Shown piece after piece: positions 12,901 through 27,900 of a stretch of DNA of 64,000 nt. How positions within the stretch are numbered: the first letter of the stretch is position 1; the number at the start of each line of letters is the position of its first letter. The stretch lies in the NCBI GenBank assembly GCA_002633005.1, contig NMRA01000297.1, forward strand, positions 481,085 through 545,084, written 5' to 3'. Source of the DNA: Phoronis australis (lineage: Eukaryota; Animalia; Phoronida). The notes under the pieces are model-generated. The model did not search any database, was not told the origin of the DNA, and saw only the letters and a program-made list of their open reading frames with translations. Position numbers and translations under genes: made by a program.

Positions 12901-15900
12901 AGACATTATAGTATATTATAGAGTATCTTTGCAAGCGGTCATCTATCACACTTGGGTTCCAACTAACTCTATAATTCCACGTGTTGTTCATACAAACGTC
13001 TTCCTTCAGCTCGTCTTGTGTTACACTTACATGTACATTTTCAATTTACGACTTAAGAGCCAGTCCCATCAAAGACAAACACAGTCATCTTTACATGGTT
13101 GTGGACTCCTTGAAACTTGTCACAGGTGGATATAGTTAATTCGCCCTAGAAATAGCCTACGCATCTTGTGAAGTATTGTGTCACTCCGTAAATTTTTGCA
13201 CCGCACGGGCGTACAGAAAATTTCAATAGTTCGCCCTTCTGACATACCCATCCCTTACTGCAAGCAAATGTTTTGACTTAAGAGTCCTGAATCCGTAGTG
13301 CAGTTCAATTATTTGTAACCCCCTCCCCATAGTACATGCGTTTCGACTGAGTACAAAGTATCCCCGGGGTACCTCGTCAAATGCATGGGAGTGATCATTT
13401 TTCTCCGCATGTTGCCGGAACTTGTGATCAATGTGCTCAGAATTGACATGCTATGCTCCTTCATATCGTGAAGGCAATTGAATAATTCCGCCGCGTACAC
13501 GCGTGTTAAGATTCTTTATTAGTTTATACAAAAAACAAATAATTATATTATATAAGTGAAAAGTAAAGTCCACAGGTCTGTTTTCTGAAAAGACTTAAGA
13601 TTTGAGAGGGAAGTTTTGGTCTTTTACTGCACGTGACGATTTCAAAAAAAATTAAACCTCACATTAGCAAAAGTCTATGAGAATACACACATCACTGCTA
13701 GTTACTGATGCAATTTTAATAAATTACTTTATCATCTGCAACGCTGGTAAACTCACGCCTAACTCACGGTAAGCTCCGGGTACAGTCACGCTTAGGCTCA
13801 CGCCAGCTGTCACGGTTGATTCACGCCTCACTCTCCGGTCTGTCTCCGGTTACGGTCACGGGTGGCTAGACCGGAGAAACCCGGAGAGAGTCTAATAATT
13901 CAGTGGCTGTACTGTAACAAGAGTTGTCTTACTTGACTCATATGGTGGCCCGGGCGACAATGTATGCAGAGTGCAGTGCTACATGCCGTCAACATTGTCA
14001 CATATTGTCGCCCAGGCTACATTTTGAGTGGAACAATATAAGTCATAATTCTTCCCACCGACTTTTCGCCACTGCTTTCGTAGGCCCATAGTCAGGGAGG
14101 CTCAGATCAAACCCCCGCGGAAAAGGCCCAGCCCCAGCATATCCGTCACGCATAGGATATAGGGAAACAACAGTATCAAAAATATTGTTGTAGTTGCTAC
14201 TGGCACTACTAACTACAATGATAATGAAGTTGCTAATAATTTCAAATTTCGTTCCGAATCAAAGCGCTTTACGTAATCACTTGGGTCATACCTGGCCAAC
14301 TTCACCAAGTGGCCACGTATTTGCGTACTAGGTGACAGGTTCATGCATACGACAGTTAAAGGACGCTTTATGTTAATAACAGTCATAAGCCACCGACTAT
14401 CACCTTGAACCCGCGTGGTGACTGTACCATAGGGTAACACGAGCCAAGAATTAAAAGAGAAGGCCACCCGATTTAATTAGTCTTTTTTATCGTCTTAATC
14501 GGTCTATATCCACATCGCCTCTTACACGGTCGACCTCACCTTGCCGAGAGGTGTTGCGTTAACCTGTGAGGGACGTGAGAAACGACGCAGCGACGTCAGT
14601 CTGCAGAGTGAATGCCGCAATATTGCGATGCATCGTTCCCGCTTGTCCGTACTATGAAGCTGGGAAGAAAGCAGGTATATCGTTTTTTCGACTTCCTCGA
14701 GAGCCCGAAATGCTTACGAAGTGGCTCGCTGTTAATAGCAAGTATGAGGCCGTGAAACATCTCCGTGTCTGTGGCCGGCATTTCGTCGATAGTGATTTCT
14801 CTGACGAATTCCAGCTTACCAAAGATCTACCAATACGTTCCGTTGCCTGTGCATGTTCAAGGCGCCTCTCTAGTATTTCTTGCTCATTGTATTCCGGTTC
14901 GAACTGATAGGCTGTGAAACCTAACGATCCGACCCGTGAAGTCTTCGTCGTATGAGCTCTTGACTAAGCCGGGATTGGCGCCGGACGAGTTGCCATGTAG
15001 ACGTTTATTATTCTGCGTTCTGTTTCAAAATGAATTATTCTCATCCTAACCAATGCTAATACAAAACTAAAACAAAGTCTTTCTCACTAGAAACAATCTG
15101 TAATGCCTTTGCACTCAGTATTCGTGAGTGCCAATGTTGAGAAGCCAGCAGTGAATAAACCACTGCGTTACCGGCTTTTGATGCCGGCAATAAAGGTAAT
15201 TGACCGGCCACCGAGGCCGTGTGAGCGCATGCTAATTCAGTGTTTGCTGACAGAAAGCGGTTGTGAAACATTTACTCGATTTTATATGCTATGGTCACAT
15301 TTTAGGGGAATCTTTATTTAGAAATACAAATACATTATTCAAATCATTGTTACTGTACAACCTTTGCCCAGACCGTCTGTGGAAGGGGAACCCGACTTCG
15401 CGGCCCCCGACAACTTAAGTAAGTAGATTTTCAGTTTCGTGGCTACTTCACATAAATAATTACGTGCACAATACTTAGTTTCCAACTCAAGCTGGTTTAT
15501 TTTCGTGCAAGTCCCGGCGGCTGCGACGGGCCAGATCGGGTCCGAACAACTGACCGGGAATGCGAGTCAGTCTGGCCGCGACGGGCCTGACCGGGCGTGC
15601 GTTCAGTAGATGATAGGACCTACGCTAAGACCTAGCTAAAACCTAGTCAAAGTCACGTGTTCTCATTTAAAATGCACGGCAATATCTCACGTAATCTCGC
15701 GAAGTCTTGATTTTTAGCGAGGTCCTAGCGTTACTGAAGGGGCCGGGGGTGGTTTTCGCCTGCAGTTCAAATTCATTTCCCTTCGATCACTGCGATTCTA
15801 CGCGGGCTTACGGCATGGCTACGCCTTATTTTCAACGTGGGTGCGTCACTGAGTCATGAAGTGTCCAGCCTGTGTAGTATGCACGGGAATGGCAAGCAAA

Positions 15901-18900
15901 CTATTTGGTTTTGAAGAACCAAAATTCATTGCACAATACTACTGGAAACTACAAGCATCAAGGAAGTGCAAAGACAACCTTTCCAAATTTACGAGCAATG
16001 ACTTAAACTTCTTTTTTGATCTACGTACGATTTGTAATTTTTTAAAATTCACTAATCTGGTTTTTAATTCAATAAATCATTTACATCTTCTGAATTGCGA
16101 GAACATGTTGTGACACTTTGCAGAGCTGCCCGACATTCATGAATATCACTGTTATCGTTTAGTGTACTTTGCGATATGGTGATCTGATTATAGATCGAAT
16201 TTTCCCAGCCTTCAACTAAGTTCAGTGACGCATCGCCAATTCTTACAAGATCGCTTCTGTGCTGTGCACGAATGTTTTGTGTTCTTTATGAATTTGGAAT
16301 CTCAACTTCCCCTCGTGAGTAGTTGGCAGTGCCATGTCGGAGGTGTACTAGAGGGACAATATGACAATTCTCCCGAACCGCCCCACCGAGAGAGGATCCC
16401 GTCTAAAGTGGGATGAAAGACTAAAAAAATCATTAAGCTTGGGAAATAGTGGCAGTTCATTTTTTTACACGTCGTGTGATCCTGCAAGAAGTGACCTTCC
16501 TCAACATGACAGCCGGTTGTGCGATTTCACAAAAAACAGGAAAAATAGAGGTAATCAATTCCAACATTAGGCCCTCTCTCCGTGAGCGGCTCCTTAATAA
16601 TTTGTCAATAAAACACGAAAAACTTGGTCACTTAAATGTCATCAATGGCCCCCTTCAAGGACTTCGCCCCTAAATATGAAGAGATCTATACCTTCAGAAA
16701 ACAGGAAATGCGCAGCTATTAACGTTATATGTAAGGTCATCAATTTTTCAGATGATCTAACGAAGAAAAGAGAGCTACAGTTGTGTCCGTTATCCCTTGC
16801 CAAAGAGCGAGAGATCTCTGGAAAACTTTCGCCTTTCAAATTTTCTCGAATTTTCGAAATACATGTACGAATGATTAAGTGCACGTTTTCAAGTGCGTTT
16901 AGACGACCTATGCTGCAAAAACGGAGACCCTAACAGGGATCGACACTATCAAAATCGCCAGGTCGCATTTTGCAACCTAACCAAAATCCCGGGTCACATT
17001 TTCAAAATCCAGCTCGCATTTATAAATGCCAGGTCGCAAAATTTTTACGTTTCAAAATTGATTTTTTAGATCATCGTTAAAATGTTTAGAGGTTGCTCTT
17101 ACCTGCAGCGTTAACTACTCACAAATTTCCGATCGCAAAATTCACTTCGTTCATGCAGGTAAGGCGTTACTGTTCTTCACGACCACCATACAAAGGCTCT
17201 AGAGCGCAAGGCAAGTTGCCGACGTGAAAGTTGAATCAGTGCCCTCTAACTAGCACGTGCATTCGAGAAGCAATTTTTGCGATGTGAAAGGGAGAAAATG
17301 CCCGTTGAAAAAATATTCGCGATTTTGCCAAGTCTAACTATTACTGGCTGTCGTCAAATTCCTTAAAAATCCAAACTAACTTGGAGTGCAAATCCCCTCC
17401 ACTTTTTGTTCGCAGCCCAAATTTTGCAACTTAACTCGACGTTGAAAAAAAATCCGAGAAACGATGCGCTAACCGAATGACGTATTTGGATGCGCGGAAA
17501 CAACTCAGTATCAAATTTCACAACAAAAATGTAGTACTTATGCTGTTTACGTACTCAACAATTAGTTTTCCATGAAATGAATCGCCTCAAAATAATTCCC
17601 GACTCCGTGATGGTTTCCATCGGGTAATTCGAGTTTGCTCCTCAATACCTTCCACGTACGGGAGAAATATGTTAGTCATAAAACGACACGCATTTCACTA
17701 GTGTTAACTTTCATTCGTAGGTATGGAGCAAAGCCGGCATTTGATTTTTACATATTGAGAAAAGACGTTTTTTGGAAAGTGAATTTGTTATGTAAAATGA
17801 GAGTGATATACGTGTAGGATGTGTGTCAACTTTAAACCACGCGCGGTCTTTAGTAATTATAGTGCGCTATGATAGGTGCTAGCCTGAACTGTGGGCGGTT
17901 AATTGGAAATTCTCAAAAGTTGAGGGGGAACGCTTAGTAAATCAGTGAGCGCTTATAATGAAAAAGGTAGGGAGTATAGGCTTGTGCGCGAGCATAGTCG
18001 TTAACCTGAGTATTTGAGGTATTAAGATATTAAAAGACTACAATGGTAAAAACGTTATATTAAAATAATTTTGCGAGGCAAACTCCATCTAGTAGGGAAG
18101 ACTTTCTGGATATCGTTTCCGCCTACACTGTACCCTTTTTAGCGACCCGGAATAATTTTGTTTTTTAATTGCCCGCTTCAGTAGGAACAAGACTGTTTCT
18201 ATTTCAGTCTGAACATTTTACGGCGACGGTGGTCCGGGGAGCGAAAATTTGCCGGGGGGTGTATAAAGAGAAGAATACAAAGTTCGCTAACCCCAATTTT
18301 GCATCTAGCACATGTTTAGTTGCATTAGCTGGCTACGGGCGTAGAATATAGAGCTTAGGGAACGTCGACCTCGGGAAACATCGGAACAGGAAAATATCAG
18401 TTCTGGGTTACTATATCGGTCCCGGGGAATATCGTAAAGCATCGGGTCTTTTATAACCGCCGGGAATTTTTTAGTTCCTTTTCAAATAAACCACTGGCAC
18501 ACGGGTGATTAACAGAGCAAAGCCGGTATACTCTTTCATTTAGGACTGTCGCTGTTCTCTTTTACTATGCAGCTTTGAAGTGGTGCGCACGCGTGAGTTC
18601 ATACACTTGAATCGCTGAAGTAGGCCTACATAATACGTTGGCAACAACGTGTGAAAGACAAATCTTATTTCGCGCACGTAGCCTCAGAAACAAGTAAAGG
18701 GTTTGAGAATTTCTTGGCAACTGAAAGTAAAGACGTGGCCGTCGTTTGGCGGTTAATAGGGTTATCATTTTCAATTTGGCTGTCTTGTGCCATAAAAATG
18801 AGACGTACATCTCTGATTACATTTGATTTATGCCAGAACAGAAGCACGAACTTTAAAATTAGCACACATCTCTATGTCAGGACTGTCTGCCGGCATAGAG

Positions 18901-21900
18901 TTATGCCCTAACCACGGGACCGACCAGTGCGGTTGCATTACGATATCGGGGATATTGTCGTGGATATTTGGTACATGCAAAAAGGACATTTTACGCGAAA
19001 AATAAACATATTTGTCCACCACAAAGTTTGGTAAGTTGATCGCCTAAGAATTAGTAGAAACACCGATGTTTTGGGACGTTTTATCACATGTTATGCAGTG
19101 GCCCGAAACTTTCTTTGGCGAATCTGGAAATTTGCAGAAGTGGCCGAAAGTGTTACCCAATGAAACGCGCCAAAGACCGATTCTGCATATCCCATGTTCA
19201 CGCGACTTGCTTACGAGTCATCGGAAAGGCTGTTCTCGGTTAGCGTTCTTTTGAACTTGGAGTTGGCAACAACCAAATAACGGTCCGATTGACAAGAGCT
19301 CCTTTATATTTGCCAGGTTTCTGCCGAGAAGTGTAAAAACTCAGCTCGCATTCGTTGGGAATTCCAGGTCGCATTTTGCGACTTGATACAAGCTGACAAA
19401 AATCTCAGCTCGCATTTCCAAATTTCAGGTCGCAAATGCGTACTGCATCTCTTTATGTCGAGCCCTGCCTAACAACAATTGTCCTGGCCAGGGCCCTCAA
19501 AGGGTAAACCATACACTGATACTGTGTTGTCAAATGTTCTTTTGAATTTTTTCTTTAGTCAGTATTCGCAGTCTTTCTTTTTTTGTCTTTCTCCAGCCCC
19601 ACACCTTTGTCGGTTGCCACGGTTTGACCCAGAGGCCTGCCAATTTTGCCAGGGTGGCACACGCCCCGCCTCCCTCATATTACGGCCCTGATGCGAGGAG
19701 ACCATCGGTAGTTACTCCTCCTGATCTGACGTAATAAAAATCTTTGGTTCACGAAGAAAGGTCGCTATTGTAAATTATTGTCAGTGGTGCACAACCTCGC
19801 AGACTTCACACCAGCAACAAACTTGGTGGAAGAGATTTCCAAGATTACATATCACTGCTCCTAAGATTCGTTATGCGAAACCATGTTCACAACTCCGACA
19901 GTTTACAACTCTGAATGTGTGCTCATGAGGCAGAACTGACATTGAATGTGTTTTTGTCCAGTTAGTAACCATTAAAGGCTGTGTACAAATGAATAGTTCT
20001 TAAATTATTGATTGCATTGTTTGCAAAGGAGTTCACTTTCAATCATGCACAATCGCCACAAAGCCATATTTCCCGCTCGACAAAAAAGAAAATAGCGGGA
20101 TGCTGCATGGGTTTTTGCGGCACCCGCAATTTCTCATTTAACTATGAAAACAATATCAACAACAAAAAAACGCTGTCGAGCATTTTGAAACCAGTCAGTT
20201 ATGCGAAATGATAATTACTTATGAGTTAAGTTATTTATCTTTTGCTTCTGGTATCATAATTAAAAGCTTTCTCATCAGTGATATGGCTCTTATGCAATGT
20301 GGTTTGAAAAAACATGTAGTCGCAAAGAGTTTTAATGTCAGTAAATTCCATAGCATGTACCTGTACAAGCACCGAAACAAAAGAATGCAAACAATATATG
20401 CGGGAAGACCTCTGTGGCCGAGAGATCGAAGTTGACATTCTAGGGCTACTCACTAGCGGCGTTAGTCTATGAAGAGAACAAGCCGGTATCATTTAATTTT
20501 CTTCGGGAATTTTTTACACCGGCGTTTCTGATTGGCTGTTCGAATCCTCAACAGCTGACGCTTTACGTAAACAAAGTGGCATGACTTATGGAGGAAGTGT
20601 AAATGTGGATATAGTTTGTGGTCTGTTGTACAGACCAATCGGTGCTTAATTTACATCCAAGAAATGTGAATCTGACTTTTGTTTACGTGGCTGTCCTGTA
20701 TTCACACAGCATGAATAACACATCGGTTAAATCTGCCAGATGTGTGTGCATTGTATGTGCTTCAATCACGCTGCTATTAAACATTATCGCAGAAACGAAA
20801 TATTTTATGTAACGCCACTTGCGTGATACGGCTAAATCGTTCATAGTCCGCCATTTTCTTTGTTGAAAAGCTAACCAATGACTGCCGAGGTTACATCAAC
20901 CAATGATAAAACGCTTGCTACTGAATGATACCTGCGTGCTCTCTACCCCTTGCGGACACGCAGGGAACCAGCGAGTCCAGGACTACAGTTCTATGGTTAA
21001 ACCTACAATAAATGTTGTTCCGCGAAGTACACTGTTTTTGGGACTAATAGTGTGTTAATCCCAGATTATATTTGTGTTTCTAGTTGAAAAAAAGCAAGAA
21101 ACTGTAGCGACGATTGTTTTCGAAGAGTTGCCATGCTCTCAGGAAAGCCTACACGCCATAGGTCTACAGGCCAGATTTTTTGCAAGGGGGATGCGTGGGC
21201 CGCAGAAGACAACAACTGCCCAATGTAGCGTGACGGAATACTCACGTAACAAGAATCCCTTCACGAGATTCAAGAGGGAAACCACGGGACACGTTCAGAT
21301 TGTAACAGCAATGTCATATGACACCTCAGGTAAGAACGTTACCATGGAAACAATCTACTTGCTGACGAGCCAATCGTCATAGCCACGAAATATTACGAGC
21401 GACCATCCCGTCCAAAAAATTAAGAAGCTAAGTGGTATTAGTAGCTTGTACGTTAATGACTAATGATCATGCACGGCACTATACTCGAGCACAACAACGC
21501 GAAGTACCTGTACCTGACCAAGCATCATGTTTCTTTTCCAAAAATCATGATGTATGAGTAGTCCCACTTGAAGCCAGTTTTCTAATGGTAAGTGAATTAA
21601 GCCTACATCCCAGGGCAGTGAGTCGTACATGTATTTTTTCCTCAAGTCTGTTGTGTTCAATGATATTCACTAGGTGTGGAAATAAGGAAAGGCCTTTCTT
21701 TAACAGCTGTGCTAAGTCCTTTGACCGAAGGCAGTGGCAAAGGACTTGCAGTAAGGAATCTTTGCTTGGAAATGACAAAGTAACTTCTGTCCCACAATTC
21801 AACATCTCCCGATCTCACGGACCAATCAGTTCAATGCTCGCCATTTTGCTACAATACCCTACTGATTAAGCTGTGGGGCTCAGTTACGGGTGAAAATTGC

Positions 21901-24900
21901 CTTTTACTTAATTGGGAGATGTTGCGTAGTCTTGCGTGAACTTACTTTGTCGTCCCCAGAGAGATTGAGAGCAGAAACTAGGCCACCAGCCTGTAGACTT
22001 TTATGGGCTAAGGATGCCACGTGACTTGAAAGGTGACATACGCTGGAAGGACCATACTTCTGTTAATGAATTCCGAGTCGCCTATTCACCATCGCATACC
22101 TTCTTTGGAATTGAGAAATGCGTGCATATTCTTAGTATTCGTGTCTAAATACTGAGCTGCGAATTTCATGACGCCAACACTGTCCTTGTCGTTTCTGTCC
22201 CAGATACAAACAACACCGAACTCAGAACGCTTGCGCACAACGTGGACACGATGATGGCGAGCGGTAATATTTCGTTTGAAGTCAACGGAACAACGTACAA
22301 GCCCAGTGCAAATATGACCAGTGAGTTGAACTGCTCCTCAGGCTCAATTCTCGCATTTAACGGAGACACATGTGGTAAGTTTATACATTTAGTAACTGTG
22401 CAATTTTATCCGTGATATCTGTCAAGGCGACAGTACTAATTTTATTTTTCATGATGATGGTGTCTTTAAAATTTCCATAGCAACCTGCAATTGAGTGCTA
22501 CATTTTAGACTTATTACTTTACAAAACACATAAGCAAATAAAATTAATCAAACATTAGAAAAAATATTGACCTTATTAAGTAATTGCTCCCATTTTCTAA
22601 GATGGCCACCATTCAATGAAACTTTATTGCCGATGGCCATCATGTAAATGAAAGAGATTCATAATTAGAAAAGGGAGTGTTTTTTAAAAAGAGATGAAAC
22701 TGATCACATGAAAGCACAATTCAATTGAGAAAGTAGTATTCTTTTAAAATATGTTGCCATAGTAACTCATAATTCAAAGTGGCCGCCGTTAAACTTTAAT
22801 GAATATATAAATTAAGTTAACCAATTGCCAGATTCTACAATAATTCATAAAATATTTATAAACGACTCTTGACACGCAACTCCTTGGTTTACCCAGTAGC
22901 ATATCTAGGATATCACAAGGCGGGCTAACATTTTGTCTGTAAGCATTTGCGCAACCTACGATTGTAGATGCGCATAGCACCGAATGGGCGGGAGGAGGGT
23001 TTGTTTTTTAACTAAAAATCAAGCATTTTCCTTGATTCCTGAAGTATTATCCAAAAAAGGCAAATAAAAAACGGAGAGCGTGTCAAACAGGAGAAACTAC
23101 AAATACCCCAGACTCGAACTCAAGACCTGGCGGATAGAGCGCGTGCTTTACCACTACACCACCACGACTTAAAGGCGAAGGCAACCTTTTTCCATGTCAT
23201 TTTGAGTTAAAATAAGGTTGGTTGGTTATCCTAGACATATTTTTCACTTAATTACAGCTTTTCGTAATTTTATTAATTATTCATCCGCTTTTCCGGAAGT
23301 GACGTTTTAGGAGGCAAGCGCTTCCCGCCAATNTTCACTAAGGCTTCGATTAAAATTCACATCTTACCAGCAGCTTCTGTTTTTTCATCGTCACTCAGGT
23401 TCCATTTTCTTTAAAAAATGAAGTAATTTTCTTCATTGCACAGTGGAGCAGATGACGAAAACGGAATCGTAGTGCGCAGCGCCACTGCCGGTCGCCTGGG
23501 ATATCGCGGGAGAGTCTATACCTAGTCATAGTTCCCTTACGATTGCGCCGTGTTCCGAATTTTACACTTGGAATTGGATCTGAGCCCCCTCCCCCAACAC
23601 TAAAAGAGCACACATTTAAATCTTGTTTCATCCGTATAATTTTAATTACCGGGGTTAATTAATAAACTCAACATTTCCCTACGCTCTTGCTGTTTTAGTT
23701 TTTTGCGGCAGCCAAGGGGGGAGGGGGGGCTAAATCCGCCTATGTTACCCAAACATCATAGAAACCATACATTGACAATAAATTGCGGACTGACCTTGCC
23801 CAATTATACATATGTCTACCATTTTATCTAGTCTGTACAACATGTTGGAAGCGGCCCTTGGATAACGTTCCTGTGGCATATTAAACATTTTAAACCAGTT
23901 ACAGCTAACAAAGTATCTCGTAAATATAGGGTATCTGCCACATTCACCCAATACTGCATCACTACAGAAGGGACCGCCAAGTCCCGAGGTCCATTTAAAA
24001 ATTTTATTGAATTTTTCTAAACACTTGTATTCTTAAAAACCCCAAATCTCTGCACACAATGTTTGGTACATCAATTTATCAAATATCTGAAAGGCAAGTG
24101 ATGGGGGCATATGCACTGTACTTTCCAAACACGTGATGCAGCTTTATTTGCTTAACGAGACAGTTTTTGTAATTTTCTCAGTACTTGAACCCTGAATCCC
24201 AAACTGTCCGGAGTAACTATATGCTGCCACGGAGCAAGCAGACGACAAAATCAGTCGACACTGAAGTTTGAATTTTGCAATTGCATGACCAGTAGCATTG
24301 CCAAAAGTACTCACGATACCAACAGTTCTACTACTGGAAGACTTTGAACAGCGTTTCAAAGAAATTATTTTTTTCGTTGCACTGGACAGTAAACTAGATG
24401 CGAGAACTTCTCGTCACAAAACACTAACCGGAAGCTGAAATTGGTAATTTAGGAGAGTGTGGAGAGTGTCGCCTCCTCTAGGATACTACGCAAGAAAATG
24501 TCAGAGTTGCGAATCTGTTGTCTATAATCTATGATAACACATACTGTATAGTATAGTATACTGGAGAATAGGTTCGTCATTGGTCTCTAGAGACATTGTA
24601 GATGTAAAAAGTCACTTACTTAGAGACGTGCTTGGTTGTTAGCGGGCGTTTCGACCTGGTCCGTCAGGTTTTTGTCGATGAACGAGGGATTTCTCGCCTT
24701 TCTCCAAGTTAAGAATGCTAGAGTTCACGCGGGTAAGTGTAGTCCTCAATCCCGGTTCAGGAGGGGCGCTGACTGTTGGTGTTTATGGCCTCTTTGAGCT
24801 TACGAGTATGCCAATTTTGTTCCTTGGCTAGGATCCTGGATGACGCCAAAATATGTCCCCCCACAGCTGATGGTCTGTCTAATTTCAGATGTTCTTTAAA

Positions 24901-27900
24901 TTTGGTAAGGAACGGTCTCTTGGTTTCTCCAATGTAGGTGTGGTTGGGATCCTGGTCACATTTCAGCTAGTATATGACCCCACATTGCTGAGCCATCGGG
25001 GTTGGATCTTTGGGTCTGACTAGTAGAGAACGGAGGGTGTTGATAGGTTTCATGCAAGAGGAAATTCCGTGGGTTCTGTAGGTGTATTGTAGGCTTTCAG
25101 ATATTCCTCTTATGTATGGGATGGCAACGGAGAGACCATCGAGTTTTCCAGTAGATTTACGACTATGGGGGTCAGTAAACATCCATTTCTGGTTTCCATT
25201 AGCTCGCAAAGCATCTTCAACGTGGTCCATCGCTTCGACATATTCACCGTAGCCAGTGATGTAACGATCAGCACTATCCAGGAGGGTACGGGCGACAGAT
25301 AAATTGTGCTTCAGGGGGTGGTTGGAAGAAAACTGGAGGTCTTGGTCCGTATGTGTCGGTTTCCTGTAGATCTTGATTTTGATGGGGCCATTATCGACCA
25401 CGTGTATGCATAGATCCAAGAACGGCAAGGTTACGTTGATTTCTGTCTCCATGGTGAAGTGAATGCAGTTGTCAATATTGTTGATGTGATCAGTGAAGGT
25501 GAGAATGTCATTTTCCGGAAAGCATGACATAAGTGTCGTCCACGTATCTGCGCCAGATGGGTTGGGGTCTGGGTACCGACGCCAAAGCAGTCTGTTCAAA
25601 CTCTTCCATGAATATGTCGGCTATGATGGGAGACACAGGGATCCCAAAGACCCAACCCGATGGCTAAATAATGCGGGGTTATATACCAGCTACACCTAGA
25701 TTGGAGAAACCAAGAGACCGTTCCTTGCCAGATTCAAAGAACATCTGAAACTAGACAGACCAACAGCTGTTGGGGAACATATTTTGGCGACTGGGCACAC
25801 CATCTCTCTTGCGTCATCCAGGATCCTAGCCAAGAAACAAAATTGGCATAGTCGTAAGCTCAAAGGGGCCATAAACATCAACAGTCAGCGCCCCCTCCTG
25901 AACCGGGACAGAGGACTCCACTTACCCCGGGGACTCCAGCATTCTTAACGAGCGAAAGGCGGGAAATCCCTCATTCATCGACAAAGACCTGGCGGACCAG
26001 GTCGAAACGTCTGCTAACAACCAACCACGTCACTGAGTAAGTGACTTTTTACATCTACTAGAATAGTATACTGTATAGCACATACTGTATAGTATAGTAT
26101 AGTATAGTATAGTATAGTATATTATAGTGTAGTATAGTATAGTACAGTATAGTATAGTATAGTGTGTAGCAAATACTATATAGTATAGTATACTGTATAG
26201 CTCATACTGTAAGAGTAAAATAAACGTGAAATCATTTCATGTCATTGTTCTTGTCGTTGTTTGTTCTTGTGTAGTGAGGTGTCGGTCTGGGACATATTAC
26301 ACAGAAAATGCAAACGACAACGAGGAAATTGCATGTGCATTGTGCCCTTTTGGTTACTATCAGCCGCAGGAAGGACAACAGACCTGTCTCGAGTGTGATG
26401 TCGGATACTCCACGAAAGATCGCGGTGCAAGTAATCAAACGCAGTGCGGTATGTTATTCTTTTTATAGAGAAATGATAATTCACTCATGTTATAAACACT
26501 ACATGTATATCATACAAATCGTGAGCATAGACGCTTCGTCATCGCATCTGTACAGCCCCAAAATCATCGGTCGGGAATACCTCGGGCATTTTTGAATCCT
26601 GAAATTTGCTCTTGAATGTGTTTCATGTCGGCGTATGTTCGAGCTGCATTCACAACAATGTCATGTGGCTGATAGTTACATTATTAGAAAACCCTTCGTC
26701 TGTTCCAGATACCAGAAGCAAAGGATAAATAATTGGCATGACAAATAATCATAATTTGCATACCTGGCAGGTTTAAAAAATGTTTAATGTTAAAAACCAC
26801 GAGTGCTACCAAAATGAAAATAACACCAGAGTGTGATAACGAAATCCTTCATGTATTAATTGACTGATTAATTAACTAATTAGTCAACTAATTAACTTAT
26901 AGCAGCCAATAATTTAGGGTGTAATAGTAACATTAATGAAGTTTTATGGTGGATAAGAATTGTAGACAAAGTTATCATTTATTGTGTAGCTTTGAAATTT
27001 ACTGTAGATAGCTAATAATATTGGGAGCAGTCCAGTGATTTGGAAATTAATGCATTTCGTTAGAAAGTACCGTGATACTGGTAAACGTACTGTGTTTCAC
27101 CGTTAACAAGAGATATTAGGGCACATTTTTACGAGGTGCGTTACTGAAGAAATTGGACTCTGGAAAGCAACAATATTCGTAACAAAGATACAATGATATT
27201 TTAAACACCCGTTGCAACATTCGAGAAAGAAACAACGGGACAACAGGATTAAAAACCTGGACATCTAAATAAAAAACGGGACATCTGTGTCTTTGCCAAA
27301 ACGCAAGGGTAAAATGTTTGCCGCAATACACAAATTCGTCCTGACAGCGTTTTTTGTCGAATGGGAGACGTAACACCTGAGAGCACACCACGGCGTTTTT
27401 TGCGTTTTTAGTCAAGTAGGAAAGTGCAGAGCGGTAAAAATACCATCGAACGTCCCGTTCTTTACTTTTAGTGGAACGGGGAAAAGGGCTATATCGTGTA
27501 GATCACTGTAGTATTTGATAACATGTCAATTTCGCAATGTGTCAAAAACACCGAGGCATTTTGAAGGTGTGCCTGAACGACGGGAAAATTCAAAAGTGAC
27601 ACAGTCCGCCAAGACCGGGTCAATGACGCTACCTGTAGCGCTAAAATGGAATTGATTCTTTACGAGGTAAAGTTTTCATTTTTTAAATTTTATTCTACGG
27701 TAAATTCTATAGATAACATATAGACCTACTCACGCGGCGGACATTAAAATCCAAAGCGAGGCTCACTGCGATAAACAAAGCGGAAATTTACATTGCGTGA
27801 GTTAAATGGCCTTTCGAGTCCAACCTGGACATTAAATCTTAAAAATGTATCAATAATTAACCGCAGAGACGTAGAAACTACATTAGAGAACAAATCAATG

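Noticed and set aside
21460-22140. Possible DIRS-like gag/RT junction remnant on the minus strand
   Set aside because: Only faint motif resemblance (PQLN, CRL...NW); too decayed to support.
23105-23168. Functional tRNA gene
   Set aside because: A and B boxes are present, but there is no proper acceptor stem or anticodon arm.
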